A stretch of 64,000 bases of DNA from an uncultured Chloroflexia bacterium (GCA_963719285.1 CAVRBO010000002.1:13566-77565), one strand, 5' to 3'; shown: positions 10,553 through 20,170, counted from the stretch's first letter. Numbers and translations: made by a program. Notes: generated by a model not told the origin, from the sequence alone.

Positions 10553-11092
10553 TCAGTTCTCGGCACCGGCCCGCCATGTGACGAAGGAGCCCCACGCGAC
10601 GAGCGCGGCGCCGACGAGCTCGGTGAGCTCGCCCACGACGCCTATGCCGGTGATCCGGCCCGGCTCCGTGAGCTGGCGAAGGAAGTTGAAGAGGTCGGAC
10701 GCGGCCGGGGCCGCGATCGCGACAGCGAGGCCGGCGAGGATCGTGGCATACGGGATGGGCCACGCCATCGCCCGACCGGAGTGCCGCACGACGACGAAGA
10801 AGATGAGCTCGGCCGACGCGATCGTCGTGCTCACCCAGTTGCCCGGCCCATTGAGCAGGCCGCCCACGATCCAGTCGCCAAGGACGAGCATGAGCGCGGC
10901 GCCGATGACCGCGATCTTCTCCCCGGCCGACAGCCGGGACCACAGCATCGTGGCCGCGGCGCCCGCCGCACTCGCGGCGACCGCTGCCGGCGAGGGTGCC
11001 GGCGGGGGTGCCGTGGCCGCCGGCGAGGGTGCCGCCGGCGGTGCCGCCGGGGCCGCCGGTTCCGGTGGCTGCGGCGATTCGGGCTCGGTCAT
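10553..11092 (-). CDS. Hypothetical membrane protein with Pro/Ala-rich N-terminus
   Basis: SD-like AGGAGG before ATG 11092; about four hydrophobic segments; repeated APSPAA linker. Confidence 0.65.
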   Translation of the reverse strand: MTEPESPQPPEPAAPAAPPAAPSPAATAPPPAPSPAAVAASAAGAAATMLWSRLSAGEKIAVIGAALMLVLGDWIVGGLLNGPGNWVSTTIASAELIFFVVVRHSGRAMAWPIPYATILAGLAVAIAAPAASDLFNFLRQLTEPGRITGIGVVGELTELVGAALVAWGSFVTWRAGAEN

Positions 11093-11224
11093 GGGGACCT
11101 CCTGGGACCAGCCGCCCATGGACCGTGGCGGCCCGTTCGGCCTGGCCACGATACGACGCGCAGGGGCGCGGGTCCACCTCCAGCAGGCCGGAACCACGCT
11201 CGACGATGGAACGTCCATGGCACC

Positions 11225-11671
11225 ATGAGCCGTATGCCTCGTCGGACCACCCTCCTCGTCCTGCTGCTGGCCTTCGTCGCGACCCTGTCCGCGTGCACCC
11301 CATACGTCCAGGGGGGATCGAGCCCGTCGGTGCCGGTCACGCCCGAGGGGACGGCGGGGACCGGGATCGTCGGCCGGGTCCACGCCGGGCCCGTCTGTCC
11401 GGTCTCCCGGCCGGGCGACTCCAACTGTGCCGACCGACCCGTGGCCGGGGCCGTCCTGGTCGTGACGTCGACAACGGGTACGGAGGTCGCCAGCGCGACA
11501 TCCGCGGTCGACGGCACGTTCGGCGTCGCGCTGCCGCCCGGCGACTACATCCTCGTACCCGGGCCGGTCGAGGGGCTTCTCGGCACCGCCCGCCCGATCC
11601 CGTTCCACGTGGCTGGAGACGGCGTGCCCCGCGCGTCGCTCGACGTCGCGTATGACACGGGGATCCGGTGA
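11225..11671 (+). CDS. Putative lipoprotein with carboxypeptidase-regulatory-like (beta-sandwich) domain
   Basis: Signal peptide ending in lipobox LSAC; GPVCPV...C motif; DGTFGVALPPGDY. Confidence 0.7.
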   Translation: MSRMPRRTTLLVLLLAFVATLSACTPYVQGGSSPSVPVTPEGTAGTGIVGRVHAGPVCPVSRPGDSNCADRPVAGAVLVVTSTTGTEVASATSAVDGTFGVALPPGDYILVPGPVEGLLGTARPIPFHVAGDGVPRASLDVAYDTGIR

Positions 11672-12498
11672 CGCTGCTGCGGGTCGCGTTGGTCCAGCTC
11701 GACGCGGGACCCGACCCGGCGGCGAATGTCGCGACGGCCGCCCGACTGGCCGACGAGGCGGCCGCCGGAGGAGCTCGCCTGGTGGCGCTGCCCGAGTCCC
11801 TCCAATACCGGGGCGAGGCAGACGGCTATCGCGATTTTGCCCGACCCATCCCCGGACCGTTCAGCGAGGCATTTTCCGAGGTCGCCCGGCGGCGCGACTG
11901 CTGGATCCTCGCCGGGTCGCTGGCCGAGTCGAGTGCCGACCCGACCCGGCCGTACAACACGAGCGCCCTGATCGCCCCGAGCGGCGACGTGGTCGCCCGC
12001 TACCGCAAGATCCACATGTTCGATATCGATGTGGACGCCGGGCCCGCGGACGTGGAATTGGCCCGGGTGACGCCCGGCGACGAGCTCGTGACTGCCGACG
12101 TCGACGGCGTGAGACTCGGTCTCACGATCTGCTACGACGTCCGGTTCCCCGAACTGTACCGGGCGCTTGCACTGCTCGGCGCTCATGTGCTCACGGTCCC
12201 GGCGAACTTCACGGAGCGCACGGGACGCGACCATTGGGAGGTGCTGCTGCGAGCCCGGGCGATCGAGAACGGCGCCTACGTCATCGCGCCGGCGCAGGTC
12301 AACGGCCCGCCAGGCTCAGCCGCCTACGGACGGACGATGATCGTGGATCCGTGGGGGATCATCGTGGCCCAGGCGCCCGACCGGGTGGGCATCGTCAGCG
12401 CCGAGATCGACACCGCCCGGGTCGCCTCGATCCGGCGCCAGATCCCCGTCCTCGCCAATCGCCGGCCCGCGACATATGAAGCGGCCGCCCGTCGCTGA
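11668..12498 (+). CDS. Carbon-nitrogen hydrolase (nitrilase superfamily, Nit1/deaminated-glutathione amidase-like)
   Basis: Glu-Lys-Cys triad in LPE, YRKIHMFD and ICYDVRFPE; RARAIENGAYV. Confidence 0.9.
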   Translation: MTLLRVALVQLDAGPDPAANVATAARLADEAAAGGARLVALPESLQYRGEADGYRDFARPIPGPFSEAFSEVARRRDCWILAGSLAESSADPTRPYNTSALIAPSGDVVARYRKIHMFDIDVDAGPADVELARVTPGDELVTADVDGVRLGLTICYDVRFPELYRALALLGAHVLTVPANFTERTGRDHWEVLLRARAIENGAYVIAPAQVNGPPGSAAYGRTMIVDPWGIIVAQAPDRVGIVSAEIDTARVASIRRQIPVLANRRPATYEAAARR

Positions 12499-12533
12499 CG
12501 GACGGCCGCTGCGCCGATCGGTGGGACCTGCCG

Positions 12534-14810
12534 CTACGGCAGGACGAGGTGGACCGGGTTGCCCCGGATCTTGGCGGTCCAGGTGGTCACATCGGAGGAT
12601 GTGCCGTTGCCCGACATGTTGTAGCGGATCTTCCACCAGCCCTGTTGCTGGGCCGTGTAGTTGGCCGGGATCGTCACGTCGATGATCAGCCAGCAGCCGT
12701 TATAGATACCGGTACTTCCGCCGCCGGCGTTGGTCGTGATGGCGTTGCCCGTCACGTTCTGCGAGTAGCTCGAGCAGTTCTGCGCGCCGCCGGAGGTGCC
12801 GGTCAGCGAGGACCAGGTCATCGATACGGGCGTCCAGCCGCCGGCGGTCGGGATCTCGATCTGGATGTTCGCGGCGAGGTTGCCGGTGTCGCCCGGGTCC
12901 CACAGGCTCAACTCGAGCGTCTTGCCCGCATGGGCCTGCGGTACCTGGGCGATATAGAACTCGGAATAGGCGCTGCCGCCGGCGACTTCGAGGGGTGAGA
13001 ACATCTGCATCGCGCCAAGGCCGTAGATCTCCGGGGCTGTACCCGAGGCGCTGGCGTAGATCGCGAAGCTCTGTTCGCCGTTGGCGTTCCGCTGCGCGGC
13101 CCCATTGGCTGGGTCTGTGCTGGTCGTATGCAGACGGTAGACCGTCCCGTTCGGGCCGCCACTCAGTGGATTGGCGGGATTGAGCAGGACCCACGAGTCG
13201 TGGTAGTCGCGCCCGTCGCCGTAGACCGAGGACGTCTGCCTGCACTCGGCCTGCCCGTTCGGACCGCCCATGGACGTATCCGATCCATTCAGGTTCGTGA
13301 ACTTGTTTCCGGATGTCTTGATGAGCGTGTCGTCCGCGAGGTTGTAGGGCGTGTTGTTCGTGTTGTAGATCTCGTACCACGAACTCATGCCGTTGTTGCC
13401 GCCGAACCATCGATCGCCCACGCCGGATTGGAGGGCAGTGGCGCAGAACTCGGGGTCGAAGATGTAGACAAATCCGTTCGTCGAACCGGCCGCCATGTCG
13501 ATCGCGTAGTTGTAGTAGTTGACGCTGTCGTAGCACGCCCTGAGCTGCGCCGTCGGACATGGCGGCGCGGCCGTGCTGCCGGTGTCGTAGTAGGGCTGGA
13601 AGGCATCGCCGTTGATGTTCGTGGCGCCTTCCGTGTTCATCGTGCCCCAGAACCCGCGGTAGTTGAGCACGGCACCGTCGGGCTGATAGCAGTCCGAGAC
13701 GCCATTCAGGCAACCGCTGCCCGGGCCCTTGAGGTCCTTGTCGGCGGCCGCGCTCGTCACGTTCGCCGTGTACGTGACCCGGACATTCAGGGTGTCGACC
13801 CGGGCGAAGCGTGCCGCGGCGCAGCTGCCCCGGTTCCAGGTCAGGCGGGCCATGAATCCGGTCGTTGTCGAACTGCCGAAGTCGCCTTGGACCCACGTGT
13901 GGACGGCCCACGGCAGCGTGCTGCCCTGGGATCCGAACGTGTAGGTGACGTTGGACAGGGTCAGGCTCGTCGTGACGACGGTTCCCGAGGCAGCCGGATA
14001 CCAGTTGGTCCCGCCGTTAGGGGTGACCTGCACGCCGATCGTGCAGTTGGCGGCCACCGATGCGGCATCGAGCTTGGCGACGACCCGGACCTCGAGGCCA
14101 TCGATCGTGGCTCCGGCCGGGATGCCGAAGTTCCAGCCGCCCCAGGCCCCTTGCGAACCGTTCGCCGTGTTGCTCGACGAGTAGGTAGTGCCGTTCGCGG
14201 TCGTCTTGTTGTACAGCGTGTTGGTCGATGTCCAGTTGCAGGCCGGTGAACAGCGGTTTGTGCTGGGGACGGCGGTGGGCGCATCCCAGCCGGTATCGGT
14301 CGTCTGCGGTCCCGTGAACGTCGCGTCCTTGATCTTGCCGAAGACACCGTAGTAGTTCTCGGGGCTGCCCATCGCGACGGGCAGGATGAACTCGGCCTTG
14401 GACGTCCGGCTGATCGGGAACGATGCGAGCCCGATGACCCGGGCGAAGAAGGACGGGACGGAGGTCGAGACGGTCACGATCAGCTTGCGATCGTTGTTCG
14501 GGTCCTTCGCCGTGGTGATCGTGGTCCCGTTCACGCCCGACGTGTAGCCGTTCTTGGTGGCCTCGGCCCGGGCGGTCGTGTCCGCGCTGCTGTACAGGTT
14601 CGGCAGCCAGACGACGCCGGCCAGGGCCGCGGCATCGGCCGCGCGCTGGACCCGGAGGGTGTTGGCCCAGTACCACGACACGTCGATGACGATCGCCATC
14701 AGGCCCATGAACGCGAGCATCGCGCCGGCGAAGATGACGATGACCTGGCCGCGCGAGCGGCGGCGGGCCTGCGCTGCGGGTGCGGCCCGCCGGGAGCGGA
14801 ACAGGTTCAC
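12534..14810 (-). CDS. TadG-like Flp/Tad pilus minor subunit or tip protein, copy B (intact, 758 aa)
   Basis: N-terminal RGQVIVIFAG prepilin-like cleavage site plus TM segment and VQRAADAAALAG Tad_N motif, followed by a large Gly/Asn/Thr/Ser-rich, Cys-containing ectodomain. Confidence 0.8.
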   Translation of the reverse strand: MNLFRSRRAAPAAQARRRSRGQVIVIFAGAMLAFMGLMAIVIDVSWYWANTLRVQRAADAAALAGVVWLPNLYSSADTTARAEATKNGYTSGVNGTTITTAKDPNNDRKLIVTVSTSVPSFFARVIGLASFPISRTSKAEFILPVAMGSPENYYGVFGKIKDATFTGPQTTDTGWDAPTAVPSTNRCSPACNWTSTNTLYNKTTANGTTYSSSNTANGSQGAWGGWNFGIPAGATIDGLEVRVVAKLDAASVAANCTIGVQVTPNGGTNWYPAASGTVVTTSLTLSNVTYTFGSQGSTLPWAVHTWVQGDFGSSTTTGFMARLTWNRGSCAAARFARVDTLNVRVTYTANVTSAAADKDLKGPGSGCLNGVSDCYQPDGAVLNYRGFWGTMNTEGATNINGDAFQPYYDTGSTAAPPCPTAQLRACYDSVNYYNYAIDMAAGSTNGFVYIFDPEFCATALQSGVGDRWFGGNNGMSSWYEIYNTNNTPYNLADDTLIKTSGNKFTNLNGSDTSMGGPNGQAECRQTSSVYGDGRDYHDSWVLLNPANPLSGGPNGTVYRLHTTSTDPANGAAQRNANGEQSFAIYASASGTAPEIYGLGAMQMFSPLEVAGGSAYSEFYIAQVPQAHAGKTLELSLWDPGDTGNLAANIQIEIPTAGGWTPVSMTWSSLTGTSGGAQNCSSYSQNVTGNAITTNAGGGSTGIYNGCWLIIDVTIPANYTAQQQGWWKIRYNMSGNGTSSDVTTWTAKIRGNPVHLVLP

Positions 14811-14889
14811 TGGAGGCCTCCTGGACGCGTGCCCGTGGGGGCCCGGCGTGGGGTGGGGGTGGACGTGGTCGTGACCGGGGTCGCGGCGG

Positions 14890-15501
14890 TCATGGGTTGA
14901 GGGCCATGATCGTGCGGTCGTTCATCGGGATGACCCCGCTGCTCGCGCCGCCGCCGAAGAAGCGGGCGATCGACGACAGCGGGGTGACCATGTTGTAGTC
15001 GTAGGTCAGGCTCACCCCGATCGAATCCGGGCTGGCCGCGTTGTTGCGGGTACAGGGCAGCCAGGTCGAGCTCGAGGTCTCGTGGTAGTGGAGCTGGAAG
15101 CCGTCGACCGTCGGCGCGCCGCCGGTGCCGTAGTTCCAGGTGCTCGTCTGGGCGCCGTTCGTCGGCACCCCGGCGCTGGTCGCCTTCCAGATCTTGATCG
15201 TCGTCACGTTGGTCTCGTCGATCGGCGAGCCCGGGCTGGTCAGGACGCGCTCGACCGCGGCGATGATCTGGGGGTCGATCGTCGCGCACACCGCGGCGTT
15301 GCCGCCGCCGTCGGCCAGGGCCGCCCCGGTCCGGGCGCCCTCGCGGGTGGCGTACTCGAGGGTCAGGTTGTGGGTGAACACGAACCCGAACTCGAGCATC
15401 CCGAACAGGATGAGCATGAACGCCGGGACGAGGACCGAGAACTCGACCAGGGCCTGCCCGCGCGAGCGCTCGCGCCGCGGGGCGACGGTGGGGGCGGTCA
15501 C
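14890..15501 (-). CDS. tadE: TadE/TadG-family pseudopilin
   Basis: RGQALVEFSVLVP...ATREGAR TadE motif; GTG overlaps the upstream stop. Confidence 0.87.
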   Translation of the reverse strand: MTAPTVAPRRERSRGQALVEFSVLVPAFMLILFGMLEFGFVFTHNLTLEYATREGARTGAALADGGGNAAVCATIDPQIIAAVERVLTSPGSPIDETNVTTIKIWKATSAGVPTNGAQTSTWNYGTGGAPTVDGFQLHYHETSSSTWLPCTRNNAASPDSIGVSLTYDYNMVTPLSSIARFFGGGASSGVIPMNDRTIMALNP

Positions 15502-16232
15502 AGGACCGGCTCCATCCGCATCGCGTTGGAGCGGGCGAAGTTCCAGCCGGCGCCCGACCAGACCGGGCCGTTGCCGGCCAGGCCGACGAGCCCGCGGATC
15601 GGGGTCTTCCAGGTGTACGTGTAGTTGACCCGCACGCCGATCGTGTCGACCGACGGCATGTGGGTCCCGCCGCAGCCGGCCACGACGTTGCAGCGGCTGC
15701 TCTCGGGATAGCCGTTGGTGGCGATCTGGTAGGGCACCGTGAGCGACGACCCGTCGGGGTAGTTGCAGGTCGTCGTCGTGCCGCTGTGGTTCCAGACGTT
15801 CTTGAGGCTCGAATCGCCGTTCTTGTAGTTGCCGTTCTGGTCGGACCAGTAGATCTCGATCGAGCTGATCTGGTTCGCGTCGGCCGGCGCGCCGACGTCG
15901 TTGATGACCGCCTGGATGATCGCGCAGTCGCTGCCCAGGCCATCGCCCGCCTCGGCCGCCACGAGCGCCGCGTCGCGGCTGGCGAACGCGATCGCCAGGT
16001 TGGCGTTGAACGCGAACGCGAACTCGATGACCGACATCGTGAGCAGGATGAACAGCGGGAAGACGAGGGCGAACTCGACGAGCGACTGGCCCTTCGCCCG
16101 CCGGCGCGGGGCGGACAGGGCGGCCCGCGGGCCGGCGCCGACGAGGGCACTCGGGCGGCGGACCGGGCGGGGGCGGATGCGCCGCCCCCGGCGGGGCACT
16201 CGGGCGAGATCGGTCATGCGGATGGGCCTCAC
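15498..16232 (-). CDS. tadE: TadE-family pseudopilin (start GTG 16232 or ATG 16217)
   Basis: KGQSLVEFALVFP...ASRDAA TadE motif. Confidence 0.85.
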   Translation of the reverse strand: MRPIRMTDLARVPRRGRRIRPRPVRRPSALVGAGPRAALSAPRRRAKGQSLVEFALVFPLFILLTMSVIEFAFAFNANLAIAFASRDAALVAAEAGDGLGSDCAIIQAVINDVGAPADANQISSIEIYWSDQNGNYKNGDSSLKNVWNHSGTTTTCNYPDGSSLTVPYQIATNGYPESSRCNVVAGCGGTHMPSVDTIGVRVNYTYTWKTPIRGLVGLAGNGPVWSGAGWNFARSNAMRMEPVL

Positions 16233-16270
16233 GGTGGCGATGGCGGAGCTGAGGCGCAGTTAATCAATGG

Positions 16271-16290
16271 GACCTTGCGAACCACCTTGC
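16271..16290 (-). promoter_or_regulatory. Two GCAAGGT direct repeats (12-bp period) upstream of the second tad cassette
   Basis: Sense strand GCAAGGTggttcGCAAGGTC; the same motif occurs at 20028..20170 in non-homologous flanking DNA. Confidence 0.5.
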
Positions 16291-16367
16291 AGTCGAGCGA
16301 TCCGGGGCGCCCGCGCACCACGTGCCCCGCGGGTGCTTTCCCGACGGAGCCGGGACCAGGAAACGAA

Positions 16368-16396
16368 GCGACCGCTCGTCGCTGACGAGCGGTCGC
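16368..16396 (-). terminator. Intrinsic terminator downstream of tadG copy A
   Basis: Perfect 13-bp inverted repeat GCGACCGCTCGTC-gct-GACGAGCGGTCGC, followed on the minus strand by TTCGTTTCC. Confidence 0.75.
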
Positions 16397-16435
16397 CCCA
16401 GGTGATCCGGTTGAGGGGTCGGTAACGGCAGGGCC

Positions 16436-18576
16436 CTACGGCAGGACGAGGTGGACCGGGTTGCCGCGGATATCGACCTGCCACGTGGTCGTGTCGTTAC
16501 CGCCATTGACCGTGTACTCGATCTTCCACCAACCCGCGCCCGGTTCGCCCGGCGGCGTCAGTCCGACGGACCCGTAATTGACGGGGAGGGGGATCTCGAT
16601 CGTGATGAGCGCATCGTTGTAGAAGCTGCCGCTGGACGCCGAGGCGGTCTGGATCGAGTTGACGTTGTTCCCGCTGCGTCCGTTATCCGCCGTGTAGCTG
16701 AACGTGGCGTAGTTGTAGGCGTTGCCGTTGGGCGACAGGATACGCAGGAAGGCATCGCCACTGACATCGCCCGGGTCGAACAGCTTGATCTCCATCGTCT
16801 TGCCGGCGTGGACCGCCGCGATCTGGGCCAGGTAGAAGAGTTGCGTTCCGCCGAGCAGGTTGGTGTAGGTCACCATCCGGCCCTGGCCGTAGACCTGCGA
16901 GGCGCCGGATGAGCTCTTCACCCAGGCGCTCCACATGTTCTCCGCATTGGTGGAGTTGTTGCCCGCGACGTTGGTGGTCACGTTGAGGCGATACGTCCCC
17001 GCCGGAAGGCCGGCGGCGAGCTGGTACCACGCGTTGTGATACGGGTCCGCCGAGCAATCGGCAGACGCTGTTCCGGGGAGACCCGAAGTCACCGCTTTGG
17101 TCGGACTGCGTCTTGCCGGCGAACAGGTTGCCCGACGTCGCGACCTGGATATCGTCGCTCGTGTCGAACGGCGTGCCATTGATGTTCTACAGCGAGTAGA
17201 TCGTTGTGACTGGGTTGAGTCGAACCGCCGATCCAGTGATCGCCGGCACCGTAGTTGCCCCCACCAGGGACCGAACCAGTAGCGCAGAAGGTCGGGTCGA
17301 ACAGCTGGACCTGCCCGTTCGGGCCGGCGATGACGACGTTGTAGTCCACGCCCTTGCCGTCGAACTCCGGGTTCGCCCGACTCTTCAGGTTGTCGTTGGT
17401 CGGGTCGAACTGGTCGCCGTTCTCACGGCTCCCGCCCTTCGTGATGTCCGCGCCCCAGAATCCCTGGGTCGGGAGGGTCGCGCCCAACGGGCCGGTGACC
17501 GGCTGGACCGTGTCGGCCGTACTGACCGTGGTGGTGTGCGAGTAGACCACGACTGTCGCGTCGTCGAGCGAGACCGTGCCGCACCCGGCACCCTTGAGGT
17601 GGGTGAGCCGGATCTGGAAGTTGGCCGACGAGAAGTCTCCGGTCGTCCAGGTCGCATGATTGGCGCCCCAGGTGGTGGTATCGGTCGCGCTGCCCAAGGT
17701 GTACCAGGCGTCGCTCGTGGCGATCGTGGGGGTGGTCTGAGGCGCGTTCGCCCAGGTCGTCCCGCCGTTCCACGACACCTCCGCCCTGATCTGGCACGCG
17801 GCGCCGGCCTTGCTGTCCTTCGCCTCGAGGTTGACCTGCAGGCCATCGATCGTGGCGCCGGCCTGGAAGGACCCGAACGAGAAGGTCGTCCAGGCGTCCT
17901 GGTTGTTGTTCGTGCCGGACGTGGTGTACGAGTTGTCCGAGGCATAGGCGCGGTTCGGGTTCGTCCACGCTCCGCCGCTCGTGTTCGACGTGGTGTTGCC
18001 GGTCGGCGCCGATCCGGTCGCAAGGTTGCCCGCGTTGAATCCGGATGGGTTGATGTACGGGTTGGTGGTCGTCGTGGTGACCTTGCTCACGAACGTGCCA
18101 ACGCCGTAGTAGTTCTGCGGGCTGCCCATCGGTACCGGCAGGATGAACTCGGCCTTGGATGTCCGGGTGATCGGGAATGACGAGATACCGATGACCCGGG
18201 CAAAGAAGGATGGCGCCGAGGTCGAGACGGTCACGATGAGGCGGCGGTCGTTGTTCGGGTCCTGGCTCAACGCGATGGTCGTGCCGGCCCCGGGGACATA
18301 CCCGTTCTTCTGGGCCTCGGCGAGCGCCGTGGTCTGGGCGTTGGGCGCCGCTCCTGAGAAGTTGTCGGGCAGCCAGACGACGCCGGCCAGGGCCGCGGCA
18401 TCGGCCGCGCGCTGGACCCGGAGGGTGTTGGCCCAGTACCACGACACGTCGATGACGATCGCCATCAGGCCCATGAACGCGAGCATCGCGCCGGCGAAGA
18501 TGACGATGACCTGGCCGCGCGAGCGGCGGCGGGCCTGCGCTGCGGGTGCGGCCCGCCGGGAGCGGAACAGGTTCAC
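16436..18576 (-). pseudogene. TadG-like protein copy A, disrupted as sequenced (two +1 frameshifts and an in-frame TAG within ~17075-17215)
   Basis: ORFs 17089..18576 and 16436..17179 are the N- and C-terminal parts of a paralog of 12534..14810. The middle frame reads PVTTIYSL*NINGTPFDTSDDIQVATSGNLF, aligning with YEIYNTNNTPYNLADDTLIKTSGNKF of copy B. 2,141 nt minus 2 equals 713 codons. Confidence 0.75.
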
Positions 18577-18655
18577 TGGAGGCCTCCTGGACGCGTGCCC
18601 GTGGGGGCCCGGCGTGGGGTGGGGGTGGACGTGGTCGTGACCGGGGTCGCGGCGG

Positions 18656-19267
18656 TCATGGGTTGAGGGCCATGATCGTGCGGTCGTTCATCGGGATGAC
18701 CCCGCTGCTCGCGCCGCCGCCGAAGAAGCGGGCGATCGACGACAGCGGGGTGACCATGTTGTAGTCGTAGGTCAGGCTCACCCCGATCGAATCCGGGCTG
18801 GCCGCGTTGTTGCGGGTACAGGGCAGCCAGGTCGAGCTCGAGGTCTCGTGGTAGTGGAGCTGGAAGCCGTCGACCGTCGGCGCGCCGCCGGTGCCGTAGT
18901 TCCAGGTGCTCGTCTGGGCGCCGTTCGTCGGCACCCCGGCGCTGGTCGCCTTCCAGATCTTGATCGTCGTCACGTTGGTCTCGTCGATCGGCGAGCCCGG
19001 GCTGGTCAGGACGCGCTCGACCGCGGCGATGATCTGGGGGTCGATCGTCGCGCACACGGCGGCGTTGCCGCCGCCGTCGGCCAGGGCCGCCCCGGTCCGG
19101 GCGCCCTCGCGGGTGGCGTACTCGAGGGTCAGGTTGTGGGTGAACACGAACCCGAACTCGAGCATCCCGAACAGGATGAGCATGAACGCCGGGACGAGGA
19201 CCGAGAACTCGACCAGGGCCTGCCCGCGCGAGCGCTCGCGCCGCGGGGCGACGGTGGGGGCGGTCAC
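18656..19267 (-). CDS. tadE: TadE-family pseudopilin (protein identical to 14890..15501)
   Basis: C-terminal 203 aa of ORF 18656..20182; lies within the repeat. Confidence 0.87.
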   Translation of the reverse strand: MTAPTVAPRRERSRGQALVEFSVLVPAFMLILFGMLEFGFVFTHNLTLEYATREGARTGAALADGGGNAAVCATIDPQIIAAVERVLTSPGSPIDETNVTTIKIWKATSAGVPTNGAQTSTWNYGTGGAPTVDGFQLHYHETSSSTWLPCTRNNAASPDSIGVSLTYDYNMVTPLSSIARFFGGGASSGVIPMNDRTIMALNP

Positions 19268-19998
19268 AGGACCGGCTCCATCCGCATCGCGTTGGAGCGG
19301 GCGAAGTTCCAGCCGGCGCCCGACCAGACCGGGCCGTTGCCGGCCAGGCCGACGAGCCCGCGGATCGGGGTCTTCCAGGTGTACGTGTAGTTGACCCGCA
19401 CGCCGATCGTGTCGACCGACGGCATGTGGGTCCCGCCGCAGCCGGCCACGACGTTGCAGCGGCTGCTCTCGGGATAGCCGTTGGTGGCGATCTGGTAGGG
19501 CACCGTGAGCGACGTCCCGTCGGGGTAGTTGCAGGTCGTCGTCGTGCCGCTGTGGTTCCAGACGTTCTTGAGGCTCGAATCGCCGTTCTTGTAGTTGCCG
19601 TTCTGGTCGGACCAGTAGATCTCGATCGAGCTGATCTGGTTCGCGTCGGCCGGCGCGCCGACGTCGTTGATGACCGCCTGGATGATCGCGCAGTCGCTGC
19701 CCAGGCCATCGCCCGCCTCGGCCGCCACGAGCGCCGCGTCGCGGCTGGCGAACGCGATCGCCAGGTTGGCGTTGAACGCGAACGCGAACTCGATGACCGA
19801 CATCGTGAGCAGGATGAACAGCGGGAAGACGAGGGCGAACTCGACGAGCGACTGGCCCTTCGCCCGCCGGCGCGGGGCGGACAGGGCGGCCCGCGGGCCG
19901 GCGCCGACGAGGGCACTCGGGCGGCGGACCGGGCGGGGGCGGATGCGCCGCCCCCGGCGGGGCACTCGGGCGAGATCGGTCATGCGGATGGGCCTCAC
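19264..19998 (-). CDS. tadE: TadE-family pseudopilin (one residue different from 15498..16232)
   Basis: YPDGTSL versus YPDGSSL; lies within the repeat. Confidence 0.85.
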   Translation of the reverse strand: MRPIRMTDLARVPRRGRRIRPRPVRRPSALVGAGPRAALSAPRRRAKGQSLVEFALVFPLFILLTMSVIEFAFAFNANLAIAFASRDAALVAAEAGDGLGSDCAIIQAVINDVGAPADANQISSIEIYWSDQNGNYKNGDSSLKNVWNHSGTTTTCNYPDGTSLTVPYQIATNGYPESSRCNVVAGCGGTHMPSVDTIGVRVNYTYTWKTPIRGLVGLAGNGPVWSGAGWNFARSNAMRMEPVL

Positions 19999-20027
19999 GG
20001 TGGCGATGGCGGAGCTGGCGGTGGTCG

Positions 20028-20170
20028 GACCTTGATCGGACCTGAGACCGAATATCCCAGTGGGTCCTTGCGAGGGACCTTGCCACGAGGTACCGGTGTG
20101 GCCCGGATGCACCACCCATAAGTACCGGTCCCTCGGGGGGCACGAGAAAATGGGCCTCTGATGTCCTTGC
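20028..20170 (-). promoter_or_regulatory. Cluster of five CAAGG(T/A)C-like direct repeats upstream of the first tad cassette
   Basis: Plus-strand copies GACCTTGA 20028, GACCTGA 20039, GTCCTTGC 20064, GACCTTGC 20076, GTCCTTGC 20163. Confidence 0.5.

Larger units (their letters stand above)
14602..16251. repeat. Direct repeat copy 1 (1,650 bp; tadE-tadE-5' tadG)
   Basis: Matches 18368..20017 at offset 3,766. I found only two differences (15292 C / 19058 G, synonymous; 15749 A / 19515 T, Ser to Thr). Confidence 0.93.
18368..20017. repeat. Direct repeat copy 2 (1,650 bp)
   Basis: See 14602..16251; identity stops abruptly at both ends. Confidence 0.93.

Noticed and set aside
17185-17195. Pyrrolysine or readthrough at the TAG in TadG copy A
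   Set aside because: The stop is flanked by two frameshifts and there are no pyl genes; error or decay is simpler.
12534-18576. Lower GC in the tadG genes as evidence of horizontal transfer
   Set aside because: Explained by Asn/Thr/Ser/Tyr-rich composition; third codon positions remain mostly G/C.
14602-20017. Diversity-generating retroelement (TR/VR pair) explanation for the repeat
   Set aside because: No reverse transcriptase in the window; the repeat is 1.65 kb with only two differences and no adenine-specific pattern.
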